Notes under the pieces: generated by a model
Database searches by the model: none
What the model saw: only the letters and a program-made list of their open reading frames with translations
Told to the model about the DNA's origin: nothing
From: Squalus acanthias
Taxonomy: Eukaryota
Reading direction: 5' to 3'
Length of the DNA stretch: 64,000 nt
Assembly: GCA_030390025.1 (NCBI GenBank)
Contig: CM059432.1
Span: forward strand, 55,244,001-55,308,000
Position numbers and translations under genes: made by a program
In this document: positions 35,917-48,491 of the stretch, piece by piece
How positions within the stretch are numbered: position 1 is the stretch's first letter
How the letters are laid out: every line of letters starts with the position of its first letter

Positions 35917-36751
35917 GGGGGAATTTTAACGCCAAAAAACGGATGGGTTGGTGTCAGGTGGGAGGTTAAAGTGTTAAAAAAACTGAAACCCGACCCCAAC
36001 CCATCGCCAACCCACCCACTTCCAGTTTTAACGGGTGGTGGGCAGCCAACCCGCTCCCAGAAGGTGGGTCTCCCATTTAAATATTATAATGAGGCTGGCG
36101 TGCCTCAGATTTAATCACCATTACAAATTTAACTCCGATCACCTTCCTGGACTCCCCCCTCCAGCCCCAATGCTCCTCTCACCCCGATCCTATACCCCCA
36201 ATGCTCCATCCCCAATCCTTCCCCCACCCCGCACCCCCCCCACCCCCCACCCCCTGCAAATGCTCCAGCCCCAATCCTTCCATCCCCGATGCGCCGGCCC
36301 TGATCCTTCCACCCATCCCCTACCCCAATTCTCCGGCTCCGTTCATCCCCCTCCCCCTGCTGATGCTCTGGCCCCGATCCTTCCCCCCCACCCTGATGAT
36401 CTGGCCCTGAACCTTCCACCCCACCCCCCGCCCCCCCCGATGCTCCGGCCCCAATACTTCCCCCCCCCGATGCTCTGCCCCCGATCCTTCCATCCTCCAC
36501 TGCTCTTCCAGCCGCAGATCACCCCCTGGCCCCCACTCGATCCCTCCCTTCCTCTCTGTGATCTAGTGCCGCAGGCTGGCTGGCTGCGGGTGGGAAATAG
36601 AGATATGAAATGCAAATCAGGCCCTGCTGTTAAATTCGGCAGGATCTGCAGGAAACCTGTTCTCCTAGATTTCCCGACTGCTTTCTAGCCCCCCCACCCC
36701 ACTCCACCCACCACCCCACCCCCCACCCCCCAACTTATTAAAATTCCAGCC
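35917..36751. mobile_element. Harbinger-type MITE with a C-rich degenerate internal repeat
   Basis: GGGGGAATTTTAA ... TTAAAATTCCAGCC termini. Homologous to 13211-13976. Confidence 0.82.
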
Positions 36752-37102
36752 ATTTTCTCCACACTTGTGGATGAGGAAAGTTGATGGACAAATCAGCTCA
36801 AGGCTCTTGAATACTTTTCTGAGCAGCTGGCTATATAGGGTAAGTTGCATGGTCTACTGATCTGTGTCGTGTACGTCTTGTTCTAAAAACAGTGCATCTT
36901 CTTTACTGTCTGGTGTACGACGTACTTTAGAAATTTCTCTGAAAGAAATGAACTTTTATCTGTCATTTCAGTGAGCAACAATTCAACCACTCTTTAATAG
37001 TAAAACAAATGTTGTAATCAAGTCTGGCAACAAAATAAGCCCTTTAATTTAAGTGCAGTTTGGAAAGTGAGGAAGAAAAGTTGCAGTTAGTGTGATGATA
37101 TC

Positions 37103-37154
37103 TCTCCAGTAGGTGGCATTTAAAGGCCTGAGTAAAGCCTTAAACCTATAAATA
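37103..37154 (+). promoter_or_regulatory. Candidate CTCF motif and TATA box upstream of the ABHD3-like ATG
   Basis: CCAGTAGGTGGCA (37106-37118) fits the CTCF core consensus. TATAAATA at 37147-37154 lies ~130 bp before the ATG. Motif match only. Confidence 0.4.
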
Positions 37155-37283
37155 GAAGCTGAAGAGGATTGTGCTAGTGTATGAGGGTTGGGCTGAAGGA
37201 TGCAAGCATCTGATGTTACAGCCTCTCAGCTTCTGGTGTAAAGTGCTGGTAGCCCGTTCTTATTTTATACCAGTAGTACAGCA

Positions 37284-37445
37284 ATGATTGATCTGATATG
37301 GAATGTGAACACATTGACCAGAGATCTGACAGTATATTTAGAAAATCAAGTCAAAGTCGATCTGTCAGGTTCAGGGGTAGGTTTGTCTCTTGTTTTAGGA
37401 TTCAGTGCTGCCTACATCTGTTATTACCTGAGCTCAGTTGCAAAG
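37284..37445 (+). CDS. ABHD3-like: ABHD3-like phospholipase (alpha/beta hydrolase), first coding exon (54 codons)
   Basis: MIDLIWNVNTLTRDLTVYLENQVKVDLSGSGVGLSLVLGFSAAYICYYLSSVAK|gtaagg. Closely resembles the mammalian ABHD3 N-terminus (LSRELSLYLEHQVRVGFFGSGVGLSLILGFSVAYAFYYLSSIAK). I did not find exon 2 downstream, implying an intron over 26 kb. Confidence 0.92.
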
Positions 37446-39012
37446 GTAAGGAAGAGGTTTATTGCATTTTATCTAACAGTTTTATATAAAATCTGCCTGG
37501 TGTCATGTTTCAAAAAGGCAATAGATGTTACTGTAAATCATTTGATGTTGCTTGTTTTCTCATTATCCACATTTTAAGCTGTGTCTGTTACTTTGCCAGG
37601 AAGAGGTTTGCAGCTAAATCGATTCCTGTATGGGATAAGATTAAGTGATTAAATCTCTGCTGCAGACATTGGTGTTGTTGCAACTATTTTAGGTTTATTT
37701 GAAAATCTCCAATCACAAGTTTCCACCACTGCACTGAATGGGTCAGAGTTGTCATTTCCAGATGTAACTGCATAATGCACATCTGTACTAAGGTCAGTAA
37801 CACCTTCTCATGCTCTATTTCATTCTTCTATTTTCTCACCCCAATGTGTCGTAAGTCCAGGGCCAGCCTGCCCAGCCTCATGTCTTCTGTTGTACTCTCT
37901 CCATTGCATTCTTTCAGTATTAATGTCTGTTCTTTTTTTCTTTGTCATTTACCCTTCCCTTTAATTATTATTAGCCTTAATTTAATTGCATTTTCCAAAA
38001 TCACGACTGCTTTCTATGCAATTAAACAGGCACCGTTGTTGTTTGGAGAAATTTCTAGCTGGCTTGGTTTCAGGAATTTCCTGCTCTGAGCACACACTTT
38101 ATCCTGGTCAGCAGGAAAGTTGGCACTGTGACAGTTACTGTATTGATACGAGTTTTGAGTGAATCTCTTTGGCTGTATCTTCCCTCTGCATGTCTTTGTA
38201 ATGATAAAGTAGATGTAAGTAGGCAGGTGATCACGACTCATAGAATGTGAATGTTAATGAACTTTTCTGCTTTTACTGCTACTCTAAGTCTTCCTCACAT
38301 GCTACGATGTGTTTTGCAGAAATTGTTCATTATTAATGACTGTTAAGGCTTTCTCAAAGACGGGTCATAAGAAAATTGAGTGATTAACTTGCTTGCAGAC
38401 TTGTAGGAGTGCAATATACTAATAACTGTGATTCTCATTTAAATTAAGTGTTTCAATAGAATACAAATAACTGCAATGTGTAACCAGCAATAAAAGATAA
38501 ACAATCAATAAATCTTTATCTCAAATCGACTGTACAGAACACATTGACTCCCTTTCACATAGAGCTGGTTTTAGATGCAATAGGGTAACTGTCTGGTGTT
38601 ACAGTTTCAGTGTCATTTGATTAAAGGTCAAGATCTGCTAGTAAATGTGGGCACTTAAAGGGTAATTTTCCAGCTTTGCTCTCCCAGCAAGGAGCTTTGC
38701 TTGTGGAAGCACACAATTACAAAATGAATTCTTTACTGCAAAAGGATGAAACATAATTTGCAAAAAAGAGTGAGTTTCTGATGTCATAGGATCGGTTCTT
38801 GTACAAGATTACGAGCAGATTCCAGAGCCTTCTGCGCAATAGGACTTTCACGCAAGAAGTTAATTGCCATTTGTAAGCGCTGCCCCGTCCTTTGTGAGTA
38901 GGTGATTCTCCATTGGTACAGAGCCAGTGTCTTGTGCGGTTCAGTCCCATCTCCTTTCATTCAGTCAACTTTATTTCTAACAAGACAACTGTATCTAGGT
39001 GCGTAATTATAA

Positions 39013-39502
39013 ACCGTGGTTCAGTGGGTAGCACTCTCAACTCTGAATCAGAAAGATATGGATTCAAATTCTACAATTCTATGATTCTAAGTTCCACTCC
39101 AGAGAATTGAGCACAAAAGTGTAGACTGACATTCCAGTGCAGTACTGAGGGAGTGTTACACTATAGTAGGTGCTGTCTTTTGGATGAGACGTTAAACTGA
39201 TGCCCCGTTTGTCCTCTCAGGTGGACGCAAAAGATCCCATGGCACTATTTCGAAGAAGAGCAGGGGAGTTATCGCGGTGTTCTGGACAATATTTATCCCT
39301 TAACCAACATCACTAAAACAGATTATTTGGTCATCATCACATTGCTGTTTGTGGGAGCTTGCTGTGTACAAATTGGCTGCCGCATTTCCTACATTACAAC
39401 AGTGACTACACTTCAAACGTACTTCATTGGCTGTAAAGTGCTTTGGGACATCCTGAGGTCATGAAGGGCACTATATAAATGCAAGTTCTTTCTTTCTTCC
39501 TT
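39013..39502 (+). mobile_element. DeuSINE, near full length
   Basis: tRNA-like head (ccgtggttcagtgggtagcact...), Deu domain and tail as at 20986-21431. Confidence 0.92.
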
Positions 39503-40102
39503 CTATAACTTTGAACAAAAATCGAATTTAGATATAATTCTACCAGAATAGAGAAATATTTATCAGAATGAAAACGTCTTTCAATTATTACAATAAATTA
39601 TGTTTTTCCCATTTTTAAAAGATTCAATAGGTGTATCTATATTAAATTATAATAAATGTCCAGAGGGCCCCACCTGGTGGTCCATGGTACGATCATGGCC
39701 TGAACCCCAGAAATTATAATTACTAGAATTACATATAATTTACAGCTCAGAAACCGGCCATTTGGCCATATGCCGGTGTTTATGCTCCACATGAGCCGCC
39801 TCCCATTCTAATGACTTCATCTCACCTATAAGCTGTGGATTTTTAAAAAGTTGTAAAGTGACCCTCTTTACAAAGGGGTCATGGGGGTACATATTTCCTC
39901 TTTCCAGGGGGTACTGACAACCCCAGACATCACATATCGTGGCCTCTGGGGTAGGCGAACACCCGAGATGAGCCCATTGCGGTATAGGCACCCGCCATTA
40001 GAATGCAAAATAGGATACCTCCCCCTGACCCCAGTAGCTCCACCAGGGTCAGCTGCAGAGACTCCTGGTGAATGGAATCCAGGCGTAATTGCTGAGCTTG
40101 AA

Positions 40103-42306
40103 GAAACATAGAAACATAGAAGATAGGAGCAGGAGTAGGCCATTCGGCCCCTCGAGCTTGCTCCGCCATTCAATGAGATCATGGCTGATCATCCAAATTC
40201 AGTACCCTGTCCCTGCCTTTTCCCCATATCCCTTGATCTCTTTAGCCTTAAGAAATATATCTAACTCCTTCTTGAATATATTTAATGAATTGGCCTCCAC
40301 TGCCTTCTGTGGTAGAGAATTCCACAGGTTCACCACTCTCTGGGTGAAGAAATTCCTCCTCATCTCAGTCCTAAATGGCTTACCCCTTATCTTTAGACTG
40401 TGACCCCTGGTTCTGGACTCCCCGACCATCGGGAACATTCTTCCTGCATCTAGTCTGTCTAGTCCTGTTAGAATTTTATACGTTTCAATGAGATCCCCTC
40501 TCATTCTTCTAAACTCCAGCGAGTATAAGCCCAATCGACCCAATCTCTCCTCATACGTCATTCCTGCCATCCCAGGTATCAGCCTGGTGAATCTTCGCTG
40601 CACTCCCTCCATGGCAAGAACATCCTTCCTCAGATAAGGCGACCAAAACTGCACACAATACTCAAGGTGTGGTCTCACCAAGGCCCTGTACAACTGCAGC
40701 AAGACATCCTTGTTCCTGTATTCGAACCCTCTTGCTACGAAGGCCAATATAGCATTTGCCTTCTTAACCGCCTGCTGCACCTGCATGCTTACCTTCAGCG
40801 ACTGGTGCACAAGGACACCCAGGTCTCGTTGCACTTCCCCTTCTCCCAATCTATTGCCATTCAGATAATAATCTGCCTTCCCGTTTTTGACACCAAAGTG
40901 GATAACCTCGCATTTATCCACATTATAATGCATCTGCCATGATTCTGCCCAATCACCCAACCTGTCCAAATCATACTGGAGTTTTTCGGCATCCTCCTCA
41001 CAGCACACACGCCCACCCAGCTTTGTGTCATCTGCAAACTTGGAGATATTACATCTAGTTCCCTCGTCTAGATCATTAATATATATTGTGAATAGCTGGG
41101 GTCCTAGGACCGATCCCTGCGGTACCCCACTAGTCACTGCCTGCCACTCGGAAAAAGACCCGTTTATTCCAACTCTTTGCCTTCTGTCTGCCAACCAGTT
41201 CTCTATCCAAGTCAATACCTTGCCCCCAATCCCATGTGCCTTAACTTTACACACTAATCTCTTATGCGGGACCTTAGCGAAAGCCTTCTGAAAGTCCAAA
41301 TACACCACATCCACTGGTTCTCCCTTATCTATTTTACCAGTTACATCTTCAAAAAATTCCAGTAGATTAGTCAAGCATGATTTACCTTTTGTAAATCCAT
41401 GTTGACTTTGTCCGATCCTGTCACTGTTTTCCAAGTGCTCTGCTATTACATCTTTTATAATGGACTCCAGCATTTTCCCCACTACCGATGTCAGGCTTAT
41501 CGGTCTATAATTCCCCGTTTTCTCTCTACCACCTTTTTTGAATAGTGGGGTAACATTAGCTACCCTCCAATCCATGGGAACTGTTCCAGAATCTATCGAA
41601 TTTTGGTAGATGACCAGCAATACATCTACTATTTCTAGGGCCACTTCCTTAAGTACCCTAGGATGTAGATTATCAGGCCCTGGGGATTTATCAGCCTTCA
41701 ATCCCGTCAATTTCGCTAACACCATTTCCCTGCAAATACTGATTTATTTCAGTTCCTCCCTCTCCTTAGACCCTATGTTCCCTGACATCTCTGGGAGGTT
41801 ATTTATGTCCTCCTTTGTGAAGACAGAACCAAAGTATGTATTTAATTGGTCTGCCATTTCTTTGTTCCCCATTATAAATTCCCCTGATTCTGACTGCAAG
41901 GGACCTACGTTTGACTTCACCAATCTTTTTCTCTTCACATATCTATAAACGTTTTTACAGTCAGTTTTTATGTTCCCTGCAAGTTTACTCTCATACTCTA
42001 TTTCCCCCTCTTAATTAATCCCTTTGTCCTCCTTTGCTGAATCCTAAACTGCTCCCAATCCTCAGGTTTACTGCTTTTTCTGGCCAATTTATATGTCCTC
42101 TCCTTGGATCTTATGCTATTCCTAATTTCCCTTGTTAGCCACGGTTGAGTCACCTTTTTTGTTTTATTTTTATGCCAAACTGGAATGAACAAATTCTGCA
42201 GTTCATCCATGCGATCTTTGAATGTTTGCCATTGCCTCTCCACCGTCAGCCCTTTGAGTAACATTCCCCAATCCATCCTACCCAACTCGCGCCTCATACC
42301 ATCGTG
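40103..42306 (-). mobile_element. Young 5'-truncated CR1 LINE with an intact RT reading frame (40199-41725)
   Basis: 508-aa uninterrupted ORF with [30 protein letters not shown] and FADD. (CTATGTTT)n tail. Confidence 0.97.
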
Positions 42307-42774
42307 TATTTTCACGTTCTTTATTTATTATCTTTATCTATTTATTGGGATTGTTGATAAGATAACTACAACATTTTGTTTTACATCTGAGACTTTGAAT
42401 TTACTTTTTTTTTAAGATGGTAAGGATGTTCTTCCATTGGTGGAAAAGCTCTTGAATAAGTTAAATCATATTATTTTCTTCCTAATACACATTACTGGGG
42501 GAATCGTGTTTGCCAAATACCAAATGGACAGGTTCGTTCGTCATAGCTGCAAAGTGTTGCAGACCGCCAGTTCATTCAGTGTTTCCCAGTTATAAATGAG
42601 TACAAAGCCAAAGGGCAGGCTGGCACTGATGTCATAATAGAATATGCTGAGTATTGTAAAAATAGGAAATTATAAGAATTGCAAATTCTAAGTGTGGAGT
42701 TTAGGCTTTTGGGCCCCCCGCAGAAACCACAGATAGAGCGCTCGGGCAAATTCAAAACTGTTAAAATGTTGAAA

Positions 42775-43872
42775 GAACAACAGAAAGCGCTGGAAAAACT
42801 CAGCAGGCCAGGCAGAGAGAGAAACAGAGTTAACGTTTCAGGTCGAAGACCCTTCGTCAGAACTGAGAAAAAAGCAGGAAATGAAACAGATGAAAAAGCA
42901 AGTTTGGAGGCTGGGGGAAGGAATAAAAGAACAAAAGGGGAGGTCTGTGAGAAGTAGAGACATTAAGAGATACTCAAGGTGAGACGAGATGGCAATAGGA
43001 CAGGTTAAGAAACAAAAGATGGCTCTAGAAGTGTGAAATGCGCTGGCAGAATGAGAGACAGCTGCCATGTGGGAGAGAGAAAAAAAAAGGGAAAAGGCAC
43101 AAACCAAAAGTGTGGATAAAAAAAATATATATATATATGGTAGGGGCCAAGGTTATGATCTGAAATTGTTGAACTCGATATTGAGTCCGGAAGGCTGTAA
43201 AGTGCCTAATCGGAAGATGAGATGCTGTTCCTCGAGCTTACGCTGAGCTTCTGTGGAACAATGCAAGAGGCCGAGGACGGTGAGGTCTGAGTGGGCGTGG
43301 AGCAGTGAGTTAAAGTGACAGGCGACCGGAAGCTCGGGGTCACCCTTACGGACTGAACGGAGGTGTTCCGCAAAGCGGTCACCCAATCTGCGTTTGGTCT
43401 CCCCAATGTAGAGGAGACCACATCGTGAGCAGCGAATACAGTATACTAGATTGCAAGAAGTACAAGTAAATCGCTGTTTCACCTGGAAGGGATGTTTGGG
43501 GCCCTGGACAGTGGGAAGGGGGGAGGTATAAGGGCAGGTGTTGCATCTCCTGCGCTTGCACGGGAAGGTGCCGGGCGAGGGGGAAGGGGTGCTGGGGGTG
43601 ATAGAGGAGTGGACTAGGGTGTCTCCGAGGGAGCGGTCCCTACGGAATGCTGAAAGGGGAGGTGAGGGGAAGATACGTTTGGTGGTGGGATCACGTTGGA
43701 GGTGGCAGAAATGGCGGAGGATGATCCGTTGAATGTGGAGGCTGGTGGGGTGAAAGGTGAGGACAAGGGGAACTCTATCGTGGTTCCGGGAGGGAGGGGC
43801 AGGGGTGAGGGCAGAAGTGCGGGAGATAGAACGGACTCGGTTGAGGGCCGTGTCAACCACGGTAGAGGGGAA
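42775..43872 (-). mobile_element. Penelope-like retroelement 3' part (Neptune-type Cys linker, GIY-YIG endonuclease, terminal repeat)
   Basis: ORF 43153-43860 has CKRRRCNTC, LVYCIRCSRCGLLYIGETKRRLGDRFAEH and RKLEEQHLI..L.TLQPSGLN. Confidence 0.95.
42828..42864 (-). ncRNA. Minimal type I hammerhead ribozyme in the PLE terminus
   Basis: AGUU-CUGACGA-A-GGGUC-UUC-GACCU-GAAA-CGUU-AACU. Palindromic ACGU stem III and GUU triplet. Same strand as the PLE ORF, ~290 nt after its stop. Confidence 0.88.
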
Positions 43873-44337
43873 TGTTGACTCTAGTCATACTTACCTACAC
43901 TTGTTCAGAAGGTAAGGCAGCTTTGAGGAGAACAGGGGAGCACGTTTTTGCTGTCAGCAGCAAAATACGCATAAGGTTAGTCTCTTCCTGAGCTCTGGAA
44001 ATTGCCCATGAGTTATCATTAATGGCACAACTCTCATGAGCCCAGGACATTTGAACTGGCTAAATTACCTTACTCCATATCACTCAAGAGCTTCTACCCG
44101 CGGCCCTTACCAAGCTCATACCCTCCGAGACCCACCACCTGTTACTGCAATCCTCTTCCCACTCAGAACCTAACTATGTAACTAGCCTTCCTTACTCCTA
44201 TTCTTGCAGACTTTGTAAATGGCTCTCTCTCTGCTTGGGCACTATTCCCCTTCACTTCAAAATTGCCACCATCACCCCTCTCCATAAGAAGTCTACCTTC
44301 AACTGCATTGTCTTCTCCAACTACAGCTAGATATCTA

Positions 44338-47300
44338 GGCCTAGAAATTAGATTGCCCCTGAAAACGGGCGTGGGGATCGCGATGCCGTATTCAACCTGA
44401 GCCCATTCAGAGGACTGCAGGAAGCATTTCATGCTGCCTGCTCATTTCCATGATTGTAGCATTCAGCCCAGCACTGAACGTGCTGCTGAGTGGCTGAACG
44501 CTCAGCAGGGGGCCCAAGTCCATGCGAGGCTAGCACCAATTAAAGCTAGCCTGCACTACTTAACGGCAGTCTGCACCTCTTAAAGGGGAGGTGCATTCTG
44601 CCTGCAGCAGACCATTGAACTAGTTGGGGAAGACAGTGGAAAAGAACAATTAATGATGGCACAATAGGGGAGAGAGCATGCACCAAGGTTCTATAATGCA
44701 GCACTGGAGGCCTTGAGGCAGGAGGTCAATAGGAGGAGAGAGGTCCTCTTTCCACAGGGGGCCAGGAGGCCCTCCAGGAAACAGAGCAAAGTGCTGTGGG
44801 AGCAGATAGCCACTGTGGTCAATGCCAGCAGTGTAGCACTGAGGACATGGACGCACTGCAGGAAGAAGTTTAATAACCTCACACGAGTGGTCAAGGTCAG
44901 TCAATTCATCTTTAAATACCATATCCCATCATCTGCACCACTAGCCTCACACACTACTCAATACACCACACCCCCATCACTCACCTAACAACAATCTCTA
45001 CCTTCACACAGTTACCGCTGCTGCAAGACTCACACCCACATCTCACAGCTTCCACACTCTATCAGCTATTCAACCATGACAGGCACATCACCCAAACACA
45101 TTGCACCACACTCACTGACACACTTCCCTTTCTCTTGCAGGAAAAGGTGGTGCATAATCGGCGCCAGCAGAACCTAACCAATGGGGGACCGGCTCGCCTG
45201 CATCACCACATCCCCACGGAGGAGACGTTGCTGGCAATTCTTGGGAGGGGCATGGCTGAGACCGTGGCCAGCAGCGGGGCTGAAAGAATACAAGATGTCA
45301 GTGTCCTCTGTTATCCTCCTTCTCACATCTCGCTTCTCCCTCATCCCACAATCTCTTCTGATTTACAAGCTGCACATGGTGTAAGCATCCACCTCTTGCT
45401 TTCCCCCCTCCCCTCACTACAACACTACCCTTGTGCCTTTCTCATTTCAGAGATTCAAGAAATCCAACCTGTCCAGCCAGTGGTTGAAGAAGAAGAGGGA
45501 GAGGAGAGTGATGAAGAAGAAGAAACACCGTCACTTGATCTGACACTCGCAGCCACCAGCTCAGGTACTGGCACCGCGCGGAATTTAGAGGGTAGCTTAG
45601 AGGCGGGATCAGCACGTGGTGAGTCACCAGGCACGAGTGGGCTGCAGCCAGGACAGGGGGAAAGGGTAGCACAGGTGCCAGTTCCCCGGAGGGCAAGGTC
45701 GCACACGAGTTCTACTGCAGTGGACTCAGATGAGGACTTCGATGGGACGGCCTACTGAAGAATGCTGATGGGTATGCACAATGAAATGTTTGGTGCATTG
45801 GCAGGCCTGCCAGAAAGCCTGAGTGCAATGTCAAAGAGCATGGAGGAGTCCGGCACCAACCATGCGCAGACCTTGGAGCCCATGATTTTCAGCATGAAAG
45901 GGGTGGGCAGATCCATTAGTGCACTTGTGGACCCAACCATGATGCAGCGTCTGATTGCCGATGTCTCAGCTTCCATTGCAGCACAAGCGGAAGTCACCCA
46001 ACGTCTGAGTGTTGCAGTGGAAGCTCAGACTTCTGTCATGCAAACTCAGACTGCTGCCATCGTAGCTGCATTTACCAGAGTGGAAAGGGGCTTCCAGGGT
46101 GTCACAGCAGTCTAGCAATCTGTCCTCCAACAGTTGGCTAGGAATGCTGAGGGAGTGGCAGTGGCTCCGTGGAGGAAGAACCTGCTGTTCTCTCTCAGGA
46201 TGATTGCATTCATTCTCCCACCACGGCCACTCTGCCAGTGCCCTTGCTGTTGCCAGTCAGTCAGTCAGCGAGCCCATGCTGAGGTGGTGCAGTCTGAAGA
46301 CAGCCTGTCTAGGCCCAGAGGTCATCCTGCAAGGTCATCTGCAGTCTTCCCCACTGAAAGTCAGCAGCCTTCCACCAGCCGTGCTGCAGCCACTTCGTAG
46401 GAGCACTGGGACAGGCAAAGGCACACACAAGACAGGCACTAAGGGAATGCACAAGGGTGATTTATTGACTTTGTTATGTAATATTGGATGGATTGATGGA
46501 TAAAGTTGGGTTTCTTTCGTGGTGGCTTTTATTGTAGCATAGTGGCCAAGAGGACGCTGTGCTGGTCAGTAACAGAGGGATGGTAAGGTGTGGGACTATT
46601 GTTGAAAGGGGAATTGGGGTTGCATTCACTCATACCGCAGTCAGATGAGTAGATCATGGACAGCCCAGGCAGAAAGGGGCTGTTTGAGTTGCCTCCTCCC
46701 TTCCGCTTCTCCTCTTCCACTTCCTCCTCTTCTGCTTCCTCCTCTTTCACTTCCTCCTCCTCAGCTGGTCGCTGTATGCCTGGTGGTAAGCGCTGTGCCC
46801 TCATGATGGTGAGGTTGTGGAGCATGCAACAGACTATGATGAATCTTGAGACGCACTCTGGTGAGTACTGCAGGGCTCCTCCAGAGTGCTCCAGGCAGCG
46901 GAGGCGTTGTTTAAGGACGCCAATGGTCTGCACTATCAGATTTTGTGTGGCAGCATGGCTCTCATTGTACGCATGCTGTCCCTGTGTGGTTGGGTTGCGG
47001 AGCGGAGTCATGAGCCAGGTGGTCAGTGGATAGCCTTTGTCGCCCAGTAGCCACCCTCTGCTTTATTTTGGTGGCTCAAAGACTGAGGGAACAGTGGACT
47101 GGCACAGAATAAAAGCATCATGACTGCTGCCGGGATATCGGGCATTCACCATCATGATGTGCTGAGTATGGTCGCACACCAACTGCACATTCAGCACATA
47201 CCATAACCTTTGCAGTTCCGGTACATCTCAGCATTTAGATGCGGCGCCTGCAAAGTCATGTGCGTGCAGTCGATGGCGCCCTGCAGAATGAGGAAGCCCG

Positions 47301-48491
47301 CTATCCTGGCCAAGCCACGTGCATGCTCTGCCTGCTTCACTCTGGTCAGAAAGAAGACAATGAACTCCCCTCTCCTGGCATAAAGTACATCTGTCACCTC
47401 TCTTATGCAGCAGTGGATGGCGAAATGTGAGATATTACAGATGTCGCCTGCTCCCGCCTGGAAGGATCCCGCCCAATGTTACTTTAAAGCTGTGCAGTTG
47501 TGCGTCCGCGTGGCCATGCAGCACTCTGCAGCTTCCGTGCAGCCGCTCTTAAATAGGAAAAACCACACCTGCGCAGTATTTTGAATGTGTCACGCAGCCC
47601 CTTAAAGGGGCCGCGCACCCAAAAAAAAATTAAAGGGAACATTGATCCCGCGCGAAGAAATTCAGGGCTATGGTCACCTTCACAGCCGCTGGTAGTGCTG
47701 TCCTTGCCCTGGTGTGAGGCTGCAGGTCTGGTTGCAGAGGTGACAGAGTTCTGTGAGCACCTCCTTCATAAAACGCAGGCGCCTCAGACACTGCTCCTGG
47801 CTCAGGTTGAGGTAAAAGAATTGCACTCGGAAGACCCTAGGTGGGTAAGGCCTCCTGCTGAAAGCCCTTCTCTCCCTCCTCTTCCACCCTCTGCGAGCAG
47901 TTTGACCTCTTCTTCGCTGCCTCTGCTCCATCTCCCTGTCATGCTGCAGGCCAAGGGGGGATGACAACTCCAGCATCCATGACTGGGAGCAAGTGGTCTG
48001 ACCAGAACCCTTGAAGTCAGAAGCAAGGCCTTCTCCACTTGCAGCACCACTCCCTGTCACCTCCCAACTTTAATCAACTCTGGAAAGCTCCAAACCCTTC
48101 CACAAACTTACACAGAGCCAGTAGAAATTAATCAGCAACTCATCTGAGAGTGGTTGACGATCCCTTTAAATATCGCTGGTAGGGGGTCCTTGCTGCTGCT
48201 CAATGCATGTTCAGTTGTGCAAGGTTAACACAAAGCATTAGTTCCAGCGATGACGACAAAAATAGCAGCGCTTGCGTCAAATCAACGTTGCACACTGATT
48301 GACGTCACGATCTGCCTACTCTACATACTTCTGGCATATGCTCCCAGTACCGATGTTAGCGCCCTCACCAAGATGGCGTGCAGCATGGCCCACACCACAA
48401 GTGTGCGCGTGCTGCTCGGATGCCATTTTCAACCCAAAATGGCACTTGTAGCGCCCAAACAACGGGTGCTACGGAATCAAATGTTTAGCTC
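44338..48491. mobile_element. Two-gene PIF/Harbinger transposon (second family), both ends present, decayed
   Basis: CTA TSD (44335-44337 / 48492-48494) with imperfect TIRs. Myb gene on + (44653-44895, 45141-~45297, 45451-~46460). Transposase on - (~46625-47980) with GAIDCTH, LGDKGY and YNESH motifs, disrupted. Confidence 0.92.
47474..47644. mobile_element. hAT-type MITE inserted in the Harbinger transposase
   Basis: CAATGTT...AACATTG TIR. 8-bp TSD ATCCCGCC / ATCCCGCG. Confidence 0.88.

Noticed and set aside
36035..36688. Pro-rich and Gly-rich ORFs
   Set aside because: Low-complexity C-rich interior of a MITE.
37446..37577. C-terminal extension of the 97-aa ORF
   Set aside because: Read-through past a canonical GTAAGG donor. 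ABHD3 similarity stops at VAK.
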